This document shows, piece by piece, positions 19,506-29,177 of a stretch of DNA of 64,000 nt (positions are counted from its first letter, which is position 1; each line of letters opens with the position of its first letter). Under the pieces are notes generated by a model, which worked only from the letters and a program-made list of their open reading frames with translations, was not told the origin of the DNA and ran no database searches. This DNA is from Deltaproteobacteria bacterium (GTDB lineage Bacteria; Myxococcota; Kuafuiibacteriia; Kuafuiibacteriales; Kuafuiibacteriaceae), in the NCBI GenBank assembly GCA_040218735.1, contig JAVJQW010000061.1, positions 64,001 through 128,000 of the forward strand, in the 5' to 3' direction. Position numbers and translations under genes: made by a program.

Positions 19506-21573
19506 AGTTCACCTCTTCGCGCTCGCTGAGCACCACACCGAGCTCCGCTTCGAGCTCGTCACACACCTGAAGGTTGGCCTTCGCCGACTCTTCGAACTCA
19601 CCGCAGAAAATCCGTCGCGAACACAGCGCCGCGCAGTTTTGGAGCAACCCGCTGTTCGGCGCCGTCAGGTTGTCATCGACGTCGAACACCGGGCTCGACA
19701 GCCCACGCTCCGCGTCGACCTCTACGACACACGCCGCCCGTTTCTCTTCGAACAACTTCGGCGAAGTGAACTCGACCGCCTTCAGCACCACGTTCAACGC
19801 GAGCGGCGGAATCGGGCACTCGCCGTCGTTCGACAACGCGGGCCACCCGTCCGCCTCGTACGCCAACAGCTGCTCGACGTCGTTCCCGCGCGAGCCCCTC
19901 CCGACGCGCGAGCTCTTGCTCCAGAACAGGTTGAACGACTCCGGCGACTGCGGCATCGAGTAGTCGCGGCACAGCTCGTTGTAGGTCGTGTCGCGGTACT
20001 CCGTGAACGTCGCGAAGTCCGCGAAACCCAGCTCGTCCTTCAGCGCGAGGTGACAGCTGTCGTTACAGTGCTCCGCGATGATCCGGTAGAAGCCCCGCTG
20101 CGACTCGTCCGCCGACCAGCCCGCCGGGATCTCCGTATCCGCGTGGAGGAGCTGCAGACGCTCCGCCGCACCCAACGGATCGAACACGTCCAGCGTCGCG
20201 AGGGTCTCGTCGTTCACCGGGAGCGTCTTCGTCAGCCGAATGAGCCGGTTGATCTCGAACGTGTCCTCCAAGTCCGCGCTCAGATCCGCGCGCAGCGGCA
20301 CGCGATCCCCGAGCGCCTCGCCGTTCGGCGCCGACACCACCGTCGACGTCAGGCTGTCGATGTCGATCCGCGTGCTGCCCTCCTCGATGGTCACGTTCGC
20401 TGCGACGTCGAACGCCTCCGCCACCGGACGCGACCGCATCAACGACGCATCGAACACGTCGGTCACCGACTGCGCCCGCGCGTCCCCGCCCGCCTCTTTG
20501 AGCGCTTTCAGGACGTTCTGCAGCGGCTCGAGCTCGCGCAGCGCGTAGCGCGGGTTGATCGGGAGGAACTGCGAGTCGAGCGCGACGTCCAACGGCAGCG
20601 GCGCGTCGACCGAGGTCGGCGCGTACGCCGCACCGCCGTGGCACGAGTTGCAGATGTTCGGGATCGTCTCGAAGACCTCTTCCTTGCCGTCGAAGTCGAG
20701 GTCGATCCGATCCATCAGCTCCGCCTGCCGGCCCGTGCCGCGGTAGCCGCCGAAGATCACCGCCGGCTCCGTCCCGTTCGGCGGCACGTCGTAGTGCATC
20801 GTCACCGACACCGCCTCGCAGGCCTGGCAGCCCGCGGCGAGGTCGTCCGGATCCGTCGGATCGCAGCGGCGCTCGCCGAGCGGCAACGACGTATCCTCCA
20901 CGAACAGGCCGCCAGGGACCGGGCGACCGTCGTCGTAGGACTCGGTCCCGGAGACACGCTCCGGGCAGATGTAGTTGAGGTTCACGCACGCGAAGCCGAC
21001 GCCCGTCGTGGGGTCGACGACCTTGCGGCCCGTGCGGTCCACGGAGTCGAGGCTGTTGCACAGCGTCACGCGGAACACCGGCAGCGCGTGCGCGTTGAAG
21101 TAGTTGATGTTGAGGTCGCGCGGCGGGCCCTGCGTGAAGTCGTGCGCAGCGAAGTTACCGTTCTGGCAGTCGGCCGACAGGCCGTACCGATCGCACCACT
21201 CACCCATCGTCGGCGGCACACCGCCGGCCGCGTAGTACCCCCCCGCCCAGGCCTTGCTGTTGGGCGAGCACGCGTCCCCGCCGAACAGCGGACCGGCCTC
21301 CGCGTCGGGGAACCCGCGTCGGGTTCCCGCCTCCTGCCGGATGCTGCGGGTGAGGTCGTTCGCGACGAAGTCCCCAGCGACGAGGTTCTTCACGGTGGAG
21401 TTCGAGCCGTCGAAGTTCTTGCAAGCCGGGTCGTCGTCGAAGTCGACGAACAGCCGGTCCGTATCGCTGAAGTGGTTGCCCCTCGGTGTATCCGCACCGT
21501 CGACGACGACCGGATCCGAACACCCCCCCGTGGCCGTCGCGGCCAGGGCCAACCCGATGATGAATCGATTCAC
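19492..21573 (-). CDS. Cys-rich lipoprotein with two heme c motifs
   Basis: GGAGGGG RBS + GTG; signal ending GGC; CNSCH and CNDSCH. Confidence 0.7.
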   Translation of the reverse strand: MNRFIIGLALAATATGGCSDPVVVDGADTPRGNHFSDTDRLFVDFDDDPACKNFDGSNSTVKNLVAGDFVANDLTRSIRQEAGTRRGFPDAEAGPLFGGDACSPNSKAWAGGYYAAGGVPPTMGEWCDRYGLSADCQNGNFAAHDFTQGPPRDLNINYFNAHALPVFRVTLCNSLDSVDRTGRKVVDPTTGVGFACVNLNYICPERVSGTESYDDGRPVPGGLFVEDTSLPLGERRCDPTDPDDLAAGCQACEAVSVTMHYDVPPNGTEPAVIFGGYRGTGRQAELMDRIDLDFDGKEEVFETIPNICNSCHGGAAYAPTSVDAPLPLDVALDSQFLPINPRYALRELEPLQNVLKALKEAGGDARAQSVTDVFDASLMRSRPVAEAFDVAANVTIEEGSTRIDIDSLTSTVVSAPNGEALGDRVPLRADLSADLEDTFEINRLIRLTKTLPVNDETLATLDVFDPLGAAERLQLLHADTEIPAGWSADESQRGFYRIIAEHCNDSCHLALKDELGFADFATFTEYRDTTYNELCRDYSMPQSPESFNLFWSKSSRVGRGSRGNDVEQLLAYEADGWPALSNDGECPIPPLALNVVLKAVEFTSPKLFEEKRAACVVEVDAERGLSSPVFDVDDNLTAPNSGLLQNCAALCSRRIFCGEFEESAKANLQVCDELEAELGVVLSEREEVNCDAF

Positions 21574-21677
21574 ACCCCCTCCGTGCGCCGAGGATGATGG
21601 ATCGATCATTCGGGATCGTCGACCCGATAAATGCATCGTTGACGTATTCGATGTCGCGGGAGAAATTCTCGCCCGAC

Positions 21678-22535
21678 ATGGGGGGATTTTTTCGACGCGC
21701 GGCGTCGTGCGCCGTTCTTTTGCTCTGCGCGTGCCCGCGCTCGGCCCCCGTGGAACCGAGCGTTCGGGGACGCCCCACCGTCGAGGTCGGGCCCTTCGAC
21801 CACGCGGCCCACCTCGCGCCAGCCGTCGGACTCGAGTGCGCGGCCTGCCACGTCGCGGTGCCCGACCAGGCCTACGCCCTCGTCCGCCCGGGCTCGGACG
21901 ACCACGCCCCGTGTGTGGCGTGCCACGAAGACGCCTTCCGCACCGAGCCGGCGGCGTTCTGCACATCCTGCCACGTCTCCGTGAACCCCCTGAAGAAGGG
22001 GGACAGCCCCCTCGGGGTGTATCCGTCCGTGAACCTCCGGGCGTCGTTGGTGTCGGCGTTCAATCACCAGCGCCACCTCGACGACGCCACCCGCGATGAA
22101 GGCGGCGCCGGCCTCGAGTGCGCGCAGTGCCACCGACCCTACGCCGAGTCGGACGCGTTCATGACGTTCCCGACCCACGCCGACTGCGCGCGCTGCCACG
22201 CCGCCGCCGTCGCGCCGCGGATGGAGAACTGCGCCGAGTGCCACCACAGCGACGGCCCGGGTCGCGCGCGTCGGTTCACGCGCGGCGACGTCCGCTTCAC
22301 CCACGCGAAACACGAGACGGACGTTCGCGGCGAGGCGGTCGCGTGCGCGCGCTGCCACGAAGCCATCCCGCGCAGCAGCTCGTCGGACGACCTCAACCTC
22401 CCGCGGATGGCGACGTGCAACACCTGCCACGACAGCGCCGAAGAGACCCCGGAGCGCGTTCGCATCACGCGCTGCGGGACGTGTCACCTCGACGACGTCG
22501 AGGCACAGCCGCTCCCCGGCTCGCACACACCCTGA
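21678..22535 (+). CDS. Nonaheme cytochrome c (three c7-like triheme units), probable lipoprotein
   Basis: 9 CxxCH; three FxHxxH...CxxCH...CxxCH...CxxCH units; LLLCAC signal. Confidence 0.9.
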   Translation: MGGFFRRAASCAVLLLCACPRSAPVEPSVRGRPTVEVGPFDHAAHLAPAVGLECAACHVAVPDQAYALVRPGSDDHAPCVACHEDAFRTEPAAFCTSCHVSVNPLKKGDSPLGVYPSVNLRASLVSAFNHQRHLDDATRDEGGAGLECAQCHRPYAESDAFMTFPTHADCARCHAAAVAPRMENCAECHHSDGPGRARRFTRGDVRFTHAKHETDVRGEAVACARCHEAIPRSSSSDDLNLPRMATCNTCHDSAEETPERVRITRCGTCHLDDVEAQPLPGSHTP

Positions 22536-22612
22536 TCGTATTCAGAAAAAGTCACGATCGCAGCGGAGATATTCTGATCGTTCGGCGCGTAGTCACGCAC
22601 GGACGGTAGGCG

Positions 22613-25600
22613 ATGAATTCTAAAATATTCGCGAAGTGCGCAGTGGCGGCAGGTCTGCTCGCCGGATGTCAGCAGGATCCCGGGCAGTTCCGGGTCGTAT
22701 TCGAGTGGGCGGACGGTGCTCCGGCGGCCGGGAGCGTGTGGATTCACGCGCGAGTCGAGGAGCGCGCCGGGGATCGAGACGCTCCCGGTCAGTCACTCCG
22801 CGCGGCGGATCCGGTCGCGTGGTCACCGGACCTTCAGCTGTCGATCGCGCCGGTGCTGCACGGCGACGACCGCGTCGTGGTGGTCGAGGTCTACCCCGGC
22901 GAGGAGGCCGATGGGCGCCCCTCGTTCTTCGGGTTGTCGGAGCCGTTCTCGCTCCAGCCGGGCGATGACAAGTCGGTGCCGGTCTACCTCGAGATCGCAC
23001 GCACGCCGACCCTCGGGGTGGCGACGGTGGAGATCACGAACGCCAACGAATTCTCGCGCATCGGCACGCCGCTCGCCGAGCTGAGGATCGTCGGGGAGGG
23101 CATCGCTCGGATCGAGGTCGCCAAGGACGCCGACTTTCAGATCGACGCCGAGCGCTACGAAGCCGCGGAGGTGAAGACCGGGACGGACGGAGAACGCGAA
23201 GTCTTCGAGCTGACCTACGATCTGAACAAGAACCTCGACTGCGCGAACGGCTGTGACGGCCCCCGACAGATCGCCGTCCGCGCGCGCAACGCCCAGGGCT
23301 ACCCGTCCGAGGTCATCAGCCTCCGCGTCGTCCTCGACACCGTCGGACCGCGGGCCGCGAACATTCGCATCACGCCGCAGAACGCGAAGGAGGACGACGA
23401 GGTCTTCCTCACGTTCGTCACCGACGAGACGGTGAGCAAGGACGAGGTCACCCTCGAATTCGAAGGTGAAGATCCGGGCTTCGTCCTCCGCGGCTCGGAG
23501 TCACCGCAACAGGTCACCTTCTCGTTCCTCGCCAACGCTTCACACTCCGTCGGCGGCGCGCCGACCCAGTACCGCCTCGCGCGCCTCACCCTCACCGACG
23601 ACCTCGGCAACGTCCGCACCGCGACCGTCCCCGACGACGCGTTGGTCATCGTCGACGCGAAGGCGCCGGAGATCGACGACGTCCAGGTGACACCGACGCT
23701 CGTCGGCAACACGATCGGGCAGACGATCCAGGTCGACTTCACGGTGAGCGAAGCGCTCGACCCGGACATCGGGCTGAGCGTCACGATCGAGCGCCCGAGC
23801 GGAACGCCGGCGCAGCTCGAATGCACGCAGACGCCGCAGGGCACCGAGCTCGATCCGGTCGACGTAACGTGCTCGCACGTCGTGACCGAGGAGGATCTCG
23901 ACGGACCGCGCGCGCTCGACAACCGCGAGATCTTGATTCAGGTGCTCGACCGCTCGCAGAACCGCGACAGTGAGGTCGGCAGCGTCGTGTTCGACCTCGA
24001 GCCCCCTGCGCTCGAGACGCTGAGCTTCTCCCCGGGCGCGGCGCGCGGCGGCACCGACGTCGTGCTTTCGGTGTTCCTGAGCGACGAGCTCGACCCCGCG
24101 TTCGCCCCCACGCTGGAGCTCGGCTACGCCCCGTCGATCGACGGCGTCCCTGCGCCGGTGTCGACGAACATCGCGCTCGCGAGCGTCGAGGGACGCGCGT
24201 ACCTGTACCGCTTCCCGATCACCGCGGCGGTGCCGGACGGGTACTACCGCGTCCTCGGGCTGACGGCGCGCGACGTTCGGAGCAACACTGCGACGATCAC
24301 CGCGCCGCTCTCACTACCGGCGTTGTCGGTGGACAGCGTTCCGCCCGAGCTGTCGTTCGTCGAGGTCCTCCCCGATCCGCCGATCGTGGGGATCGGTGAT
24401 CAGATCTCGGTCACGGTCGAGATGACGGAGCCACTCGTGGCCACGACGACGATCACGCTCGGCGGTGTCGACATGGGCAACTGCACGACGACGGCGACAA
24501 CCGCGCTCCCGATCCAGATGACATGCACGACGATGGTCACTGGCACCGAGATCCCCGCCGATACCGCGCAGAGCCTCGCCGTCGTCGCGACGACGGTCGA
24601 CCCCGCCGGCAACCGGACCCTGATCGACACGTCGGTGCTCTTCGACTTCGCGCCGCCCGTCGCGCGCGGCGCGTCGCTCAACCCATCGTTCGCGCGCGAG
24701 GGCACGCCGCTCTTCCTGGAGATCGTGCTGGACGAACCCGTCGTGAATCCGCCGGCCACCATCGACCTGGTTCGCATGGACGGCACGACGCTGACGCTGA
24801 ACGCTCAACCCAGCACCGGCGCGGCGCTCACCTATCGCCGCAACATCTCTGCTTCGGATCCGCAGGGTGTGTTCTTCTTCGAAGGCACCACGCTGACCGA
24901 CGCGCAGGGGAACACGGGGTACGTCGAAGCGCCGCTCGGGGTGTCGGTGGAGATCGACACGATCGCGCCCGCGGTGACGAACGTGAGCGTGATGCGACCG
25001 GTCGCGCCGCTCGATCGCGCCCGGCCGGGTCAGGCGGTCGACATCGCGTTCAACGTGAACATCGCCGGTGAGGCGACCCCGCCCACGCTCGAGATCGTCC
25101 TCGCCGGACAGACCATCCTGGCGCCCTGCCCGCAGACCGCAACGCAGATTGCGAACGGCTGCTCCACGACGATCACGACGGCGATGATCGCGCCCAACGT
25201 CGAAGAAATCGCTCCGCTCGTAGTGCGCGCGAGGGACGCCGCCGGCAACGAGGCCGTGGGGTCCGCGACGATCGTCCTCGACCGCCTCGCGCCGTCGCTC
25301 GCGGCGACCAACGGCGTCGTCTTCTCGCCGCCGGGGACGGCGGGTTCACCGACGACGGTCGGCCTCGGTGCGGTCGCGACGTTGACGCTCAACGCCGACG
25401 AGCGGCTGGCGATCACGCCCACCCTCACGATGACCCCGTCGAACCCCGGCTTCTTGCCCGAGGCGTCCGCGACGGGGCAGAGCTACACGTTCACGTATCA
25501 GGTCGAGGCCAACGCGACGGACACGACGTACACGCTGACGTCGGTGGTGCTCCGCGACCTCGTCGGCAACGTCCGAACCGTGGCGCTGACGACGCCGAAC

Positions 25601-28600
25601 ACGACCCGCCAGGTCGCGCTCGATCCGAACGCACCGACGATCTCCCCGGCGGTCGCCGTGACCCCGGCCCGCGCTAGCCGGGGCACCGTCGTCACCGCGA
25701 CGTTCGGTGCCGACGAGGCCGCTTCGATCAACGCGTCGTTCGACGGGGCGGCGATGAGTTGTACGCCGTCGTCGTTCACCACCCAGAGCAACGTGACTTG
25801 CACGTACACCGTGCCGGCCAACCATCCGATCGAGGAACGCGGCGCGAGCGTCGTCGTGCAGGTCGTGGACGACGCCGGCAACGCGCGGTCCGGCTCCGCG
25901 AACGTCGTGATCGACACCCTCCCTCCCGACGTGGTGGCCGGCACCGAGTTCGTCACGCTGGTGCCGGACGCCGGCAACCCGCTCGGCACCTCGATCGGAT
26001 CCCTCCGCAACGGCGCGAGCGCGTTGGTGCACTTCAACGTGACCGAAGAGCTCGGCCCCCAACCCACCGTGACCGCGGTGGGTGGCCCACAACCCATCCC
26101 GATCGGACAGAGCTCCAGCGCCGGACTCAGTTACACCTACGAGCTCGTGGTCGGGCCGACGACGCCGGAGGTGAGTTATGGGTTCAGCGTCATCCTCGAA
26201 GATCTCGCCGGCAACATCGCAACCCATCCGCTCGCAGTGGCTCCCACCGTCGTCGATCGCAGCCCTCCGGCCGCGCCCAACGTACTCACCCCCGGTCGCA
26301 TCGCGTTCACGCGTCGCGTGTGGGGCTCGCTGGGTTCGCCGACGGCCAATCACACCCTGGCCGGTCAAAACGGAGCCGTGGAGGCCGGTGCGCTCGTGCG
26401 TGCGCATCACCCGACGACGGGCATCATCGGAACCACGAACGCCAACGGCAACGGCGCATTCTCGATCACGAACATGACGGTCGACACCAACGACCTCGAG
26501 ATCGACGCCATCGACGACGCGGGCAACCCGAGCCCGCGCGTCGCTGTGCTCGACGGCGTGTGGGCGGCCAACCTCAATCGCAAGCTCCCCGGAACGAACA
26601 CCCCCAACCCGCACACCGTGAGCCGCACGAACGAAGTCATCGAATCGTTCGACCAGGTCGACGTCGAGATCAACGCCGCCGAGTACGCGACGATCGCTTC
26701 CGCGGCCGGCGTCGTCGGATCGATCGCGGGCCTCCGCTGGGAGAACGTCCAACCGGACGTGATCGGCCCGGGGCGCCGCTCCGACATGGGCGTCGCCTAC
26801 GATCAGAAGCGCGGGGTCGTCGTCCTGTTCGGTGGCTTCAACGGGCAGAGCCTCGAAAACGACACCTGGGAGTGGGACGGACACCGCTGGCGGGAAGTGA
26901 CGCCGCTCGGCATCTCCCCGTCGCCGCGACGCACGCGCATGGTCTACGACTCACGACGCGAACGCGTAGTCATGGTCGCCGGCGGCGGGCTCGTGACGTC
27001 ACCGGAGAGCGACGTCTGGGAGTGGAACGGTTCGACCTGGACCGAGGTGACGCCGCCGGGGATCGGCCCGACCGTCACCAACCACGGCATGGCCTACGAC
27101 AGCCGCCGCGGCGTCGTGATCGTGCAGGGTGGCTTCGATGGGGCTGGCCTGTCCGACCAGACCTGGGAGTGGGACGGCACGAGCTGGACGATGCACGACG
27201 GATCCCTTCGCCCGTACGACGACATCTATCCGGGCGTCGCGTTCGACGAGAACACCGACTCGATGATCATGTTCGGCGGCGCGGACACCGCGTTGACGCA
27301 ACCCGAGGGGCTGGCGCACGACGTCTGGATCTACGAGCCCTGCCCGTCGCCCCCGCCGATCCCCAACACGTGCGGCGCGAGCACCGGCATGCGGTGGCGT
27401 CACGCGGTCTCGTTCGGCGCGCCGCCGCCCGCCGGGACGTGGCCGGCCGACCGCTCCGATCCCATGATCACCTTCCACCGTGGCGTGTCGCAGCAGCGGC
27501 TCCTCATGTTCGGCGGCGAGAACCGCGACACCGGCATGGCGCTCGGCGACGTGTGGGCGTGGGACTCGTCGATCGAACAGTGGGTCGCGCCCGGTAACGG
27601 CCTCGACCCGGGACCGCAGCCTCGCTTCAACGCGGCGATGACGCACTTCGGAGCGAACGACGAGCTGTTCGTCTTCGGCGGCTTCGCCGACGGCAACAAC
27701 TACCTCACGGACGTCTCTGCGCACGACGGGAATCAATGGATCCGAGCCTTCAGTATCCTGCCCAACGTTCCGTCCCCGACGCCGACCGTTTCGCGTCGTG
27801 ACCACATGATGGTGGGCGGGCCGGTCATTCCGCTGCCGCCGCCCCCCGGGGTCACCGTCGGAACGCTGCCGGGTGTGCTCGCGTTCGGCGGACGCACGGA
27901 CTGCCCCGCGTTCCCGGGCTGCCCGTACCCACCGGAGATCCTGCACTTCAATGGGTTCGAGTGGGTCGCCGCTCCGACCGGCACCCCCGGTGCCCCCGGC
28001 GTCCCGTTCAACACGATCGGCGCGGTCCCGCCGGAGATGCTGGTCTCGGGCGGCGCCGCGACGCGCGCGGGCGGCGCGGGCGCGCCGAGGGATCAGGTCT
28101 TCGTGTTCGGCGGCGAACAGGCAAGCGGCGCGCGCCCGAACGTCCTCACGGTCTACGACGGCAGCACGTTGTCGCAGCGCTTCCCCAACTTCGCGGGAGC
28201 GCCGTGGCCGACGTCGCGTGTGTTCGCGTCGATGGCCTACGACTCGGACCGCGATCGCATCCTCCTCTACGGCGGGGTGACCAACCTCGACCCCGCATCG
28301 ACGCCGATTTCGAACAACGACAACACCTGGGTGTACAACCCGGGCAACAACACCTGGACCCGCTACCCGACCGCATCGCCGCCGGGCATGAGCGCACGCG
28401 GCGGCGCAGCGCTCGCCTACGATCCGAACCGCCAAGGCTTCGTGCTCCAGGGCGGCAACGCGTTCACGATCGAGCTCGCCGAGACGTGGCTGTTCCAGCT
28501 CCACGGCGCGAACGCCTTCCAGTGGGTCCCGATCAACACGACCACTCAACCGCCCGCGCGAACGCAGGCGCGGCTCGCGTTCGACCCGTCGCGCGACGCG

Positions 28601-29173
28601 CTCGTGCTCCTCGGCGGCACGTTGGATCCGAGCGGCAACACGACGCCGTTCAACGACTCGTGGGAGCTGGGCACGACGGACTGGCGCCTGGTGCGGACCG
28701 TCCCCGACCCCGCACCGATGGCGTCGCAAGGGCTCGCGGTCAGCTCGCTCGACGACCACCTGATCGCGTGGGGCGGGATCCGGACGGGCCTCGAGGTCTG
28801 GAAGCGCCGCGACGCGGCGACCATCCGCCCCGGCTTCTTCCTCTCCTTCGACTGGGTCCCGGCGCAAATCGATCCGCTCGACATCACCGGCGTGCGACTC
28901 GTCGGCACGGCGGGCGGGAACGCGAGCGGGCCGGGCATGCGCGTGCGCGTCTGGAACGCGACGCTCGGGCAGTGGGAGCTCGTCGCGGCGAACGGCGCCG
29001 CGACGCCAGCGGCGTTCGACTTCTCGCTGACGGCCGAACAAACCGCGAGCGCGGTCAACGCCGACGGCCGTGTCTCGTTCCTGATCGAGACCGGGGCCGC
29101 CTACGGGATGTCGGCGACGCCGGCGCAGGTGAACGTGAACAACGTCGAGCTTCGCGTCAGCTACCGGCGCTGA
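22613..29173 (+). CDS. Giant surface lipoprotein (2186 aa) with tandem Ig-like modules and C-terminal kelch-type repeats
   Basis: LLAGC lipobox; about 10 modules ending DxxGN...D..(A/P)P; repeated MAYD..R..VVLFGG...DTWEWDG. Confidence 0.85.
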   Translation: MNSKIFAKCAVAAGLLAGCQQDPGQFRVVFEWADGAPAAGSVWIHARVEERAGDRDAPGQSLRAADPVAWSPDLQLSIAPVLHGDDRVVVVEVYPGEEADGRPSFFGLSEPFSLQPGDDKSVPVYLEIARTPTLGVATVEITNANEFSRIGTPLAELRIVGEGIARIEVAKDADFQIDAERYEAAEVKTGTDGEREVFELTYDLNKNLDCANGCDGPRQIAVRARNAQGYPSEVISLRVVLDTVGPRAANIRITPQNAKEDDEVFLTFVTDETVSKDEVTLEFEGEDPGFVLRGSESPQQVTFSFLANASHSVGGAPTQYRLARLTLTDDLGNVRTATVPDDALVIVDAKAPEIDDVQVTPTLVGNTIGQTIQVDFTVSEALDPDIGLSVTIERPSGTPAQLECTQTPQGTELDPVDVTCSHVVTEEDLDGPRALDNREILIQVLDRSQNRDSEVGSVVFDLEPPALETLSFSPGAARGGTDVVLSVFLSDELDPAFAPTLELGYAPSIDGVPAPVSTNIALASVEGRAYLYRFPITAAVPDGYYRVLGLTARDVRSNTATITAPLSLPALSVDSVPPELSFVEVLPDPPIVGIGDQISVTVEMTEPLVATTTITLGGVDMGNCTTTATTALPIQMTCTTMVTGTEIPADTAQSLAVVATTVDPAGNRTLIDTSVLFDFAPPVARGASLNPSFAREGTPLFLEIVLDEPVVNPPATIDLVRMDGTTLTLNAQPSTGAALTYRRNISASDPQGVFFFEGTTLTDAQGNTGYVEAPLGVSVEIDTIAPAVTNVSVMRPVAPLDRARPGQAVDIAFNVNIAGEATPPTLEIVLAGQTILAPCPQTATQIANGCSTTITTAMIAPNVEEIAPLVVRARDAAGNEAVGSATIVLDRLAPSLAATNGVVFSPPGTAGSPTTVGLGAVATLTLNADERLAITPTLTMTPSNPGFLPEASATGQSYTFTYQVEANATDTTYTLTSVVLRDLVGNVRTVALTTPNTTRQVALDPNAPTISPAVAVTPARASRGTVVTATFGADEAASINASFDGAAMSCTPSSFTTQSNVTCTYTVPANHPIEERGASVVVQVVDDAGNARSGSANVVIDTLPPDVVAGTEFVTLVPDAGNPLGTSIGSLRNGASALVHFNVTEELGPQPTVTAVGGPQPIPIGQSSSAGLSYTYELVVGPTTPEVSYGFSVILEDLAGNIATHPLAVAPTVVDRSPPAAPNVLTPGRIAFTRRVWGSLGSPTANHTLAGQNGAVEAGALVRAHHPTTGIIGTTNANGNGAFSITNMTVDTNDLEIDAIDDAGNPSPRVAVLDGVWAANLNRKLPGTNTPNPHTVSRTNEVIESFDQVDVEINAAEYATIASAAGVVGSIAGLRWENVQPDVIGPGRRSDMGVAYDQKRGVVVLFGGFNGQSLENDTWEWDGHRWREVTPLGISPSPRRTRMVYDSRRERVVMVAGGGLVTSPESDVWEWNGSTWTEVTPPGIGPTVTNHGMAYDSRRGVVIVQGGFDGAGLSDQTWEWDGTSWTMHDGSLRPYDDIYPGVAFDENTDSMIMFGGADTALTQPEGLAHDVWIYEPCPSPPPIPNTCGASTGMRWRHAVSFGAPPPAGTWPADRSDPMITFHRGVSQQRLLMFGGENRDTGMALGDVWAWDSSIEQWVAPGNGLDPGPQPRFNAAMTHFGANDELFVFGGFADGNNYLTDVSAHDGNQWIRAFSILPNVPSPTPTVSRRDHMMVGGPVIPLPPPPGVTVGTLPGVLAFGGRTDCPAFPGCPYPPEILHFNGFEWVAAPTGTPGAPGVPFNTIGAVPPEMLVSGGAATRAGGAGAPRDQVFVFGGEQASGARPNVLTVYDGSTLSQRFPNFAGAPWPTSRVFASMAYDSDRDRILLYGGVTNLDPASTPISNNDNTWVYNPGNNTWTRYPTASPPGMSARGGAALAYDPNRQGFVLQGGNAFTIELAETWLFQLHGANAFQWVPINTTTQPPARTQARLAFDPSRDALVLLGGTLDPSGNTTPFNDSWELGTTDWRLVRTVPDPAPMASQGLAVSSLDDHLIAWGGIRTGLEVWKRRDAATIRPGFFLSFDWVPAQIDPLDITGVRLVGTAGGNASGPGMRVRVWNATLGQWELVAANGAATPAAFDFSLTAEQTASAVNADGRVSFLIETGAAYGMSATPAQVNVNNVELRVSYRR

Positions 29174-29177
29174 GCGC

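Noticed and set aside
21574-21966. Upstream extension of the diheme lipoprotein ORF
   Set aside because: Overlaps the divergent cytochrome gene; RBS and signal peptide point to GTG 21573
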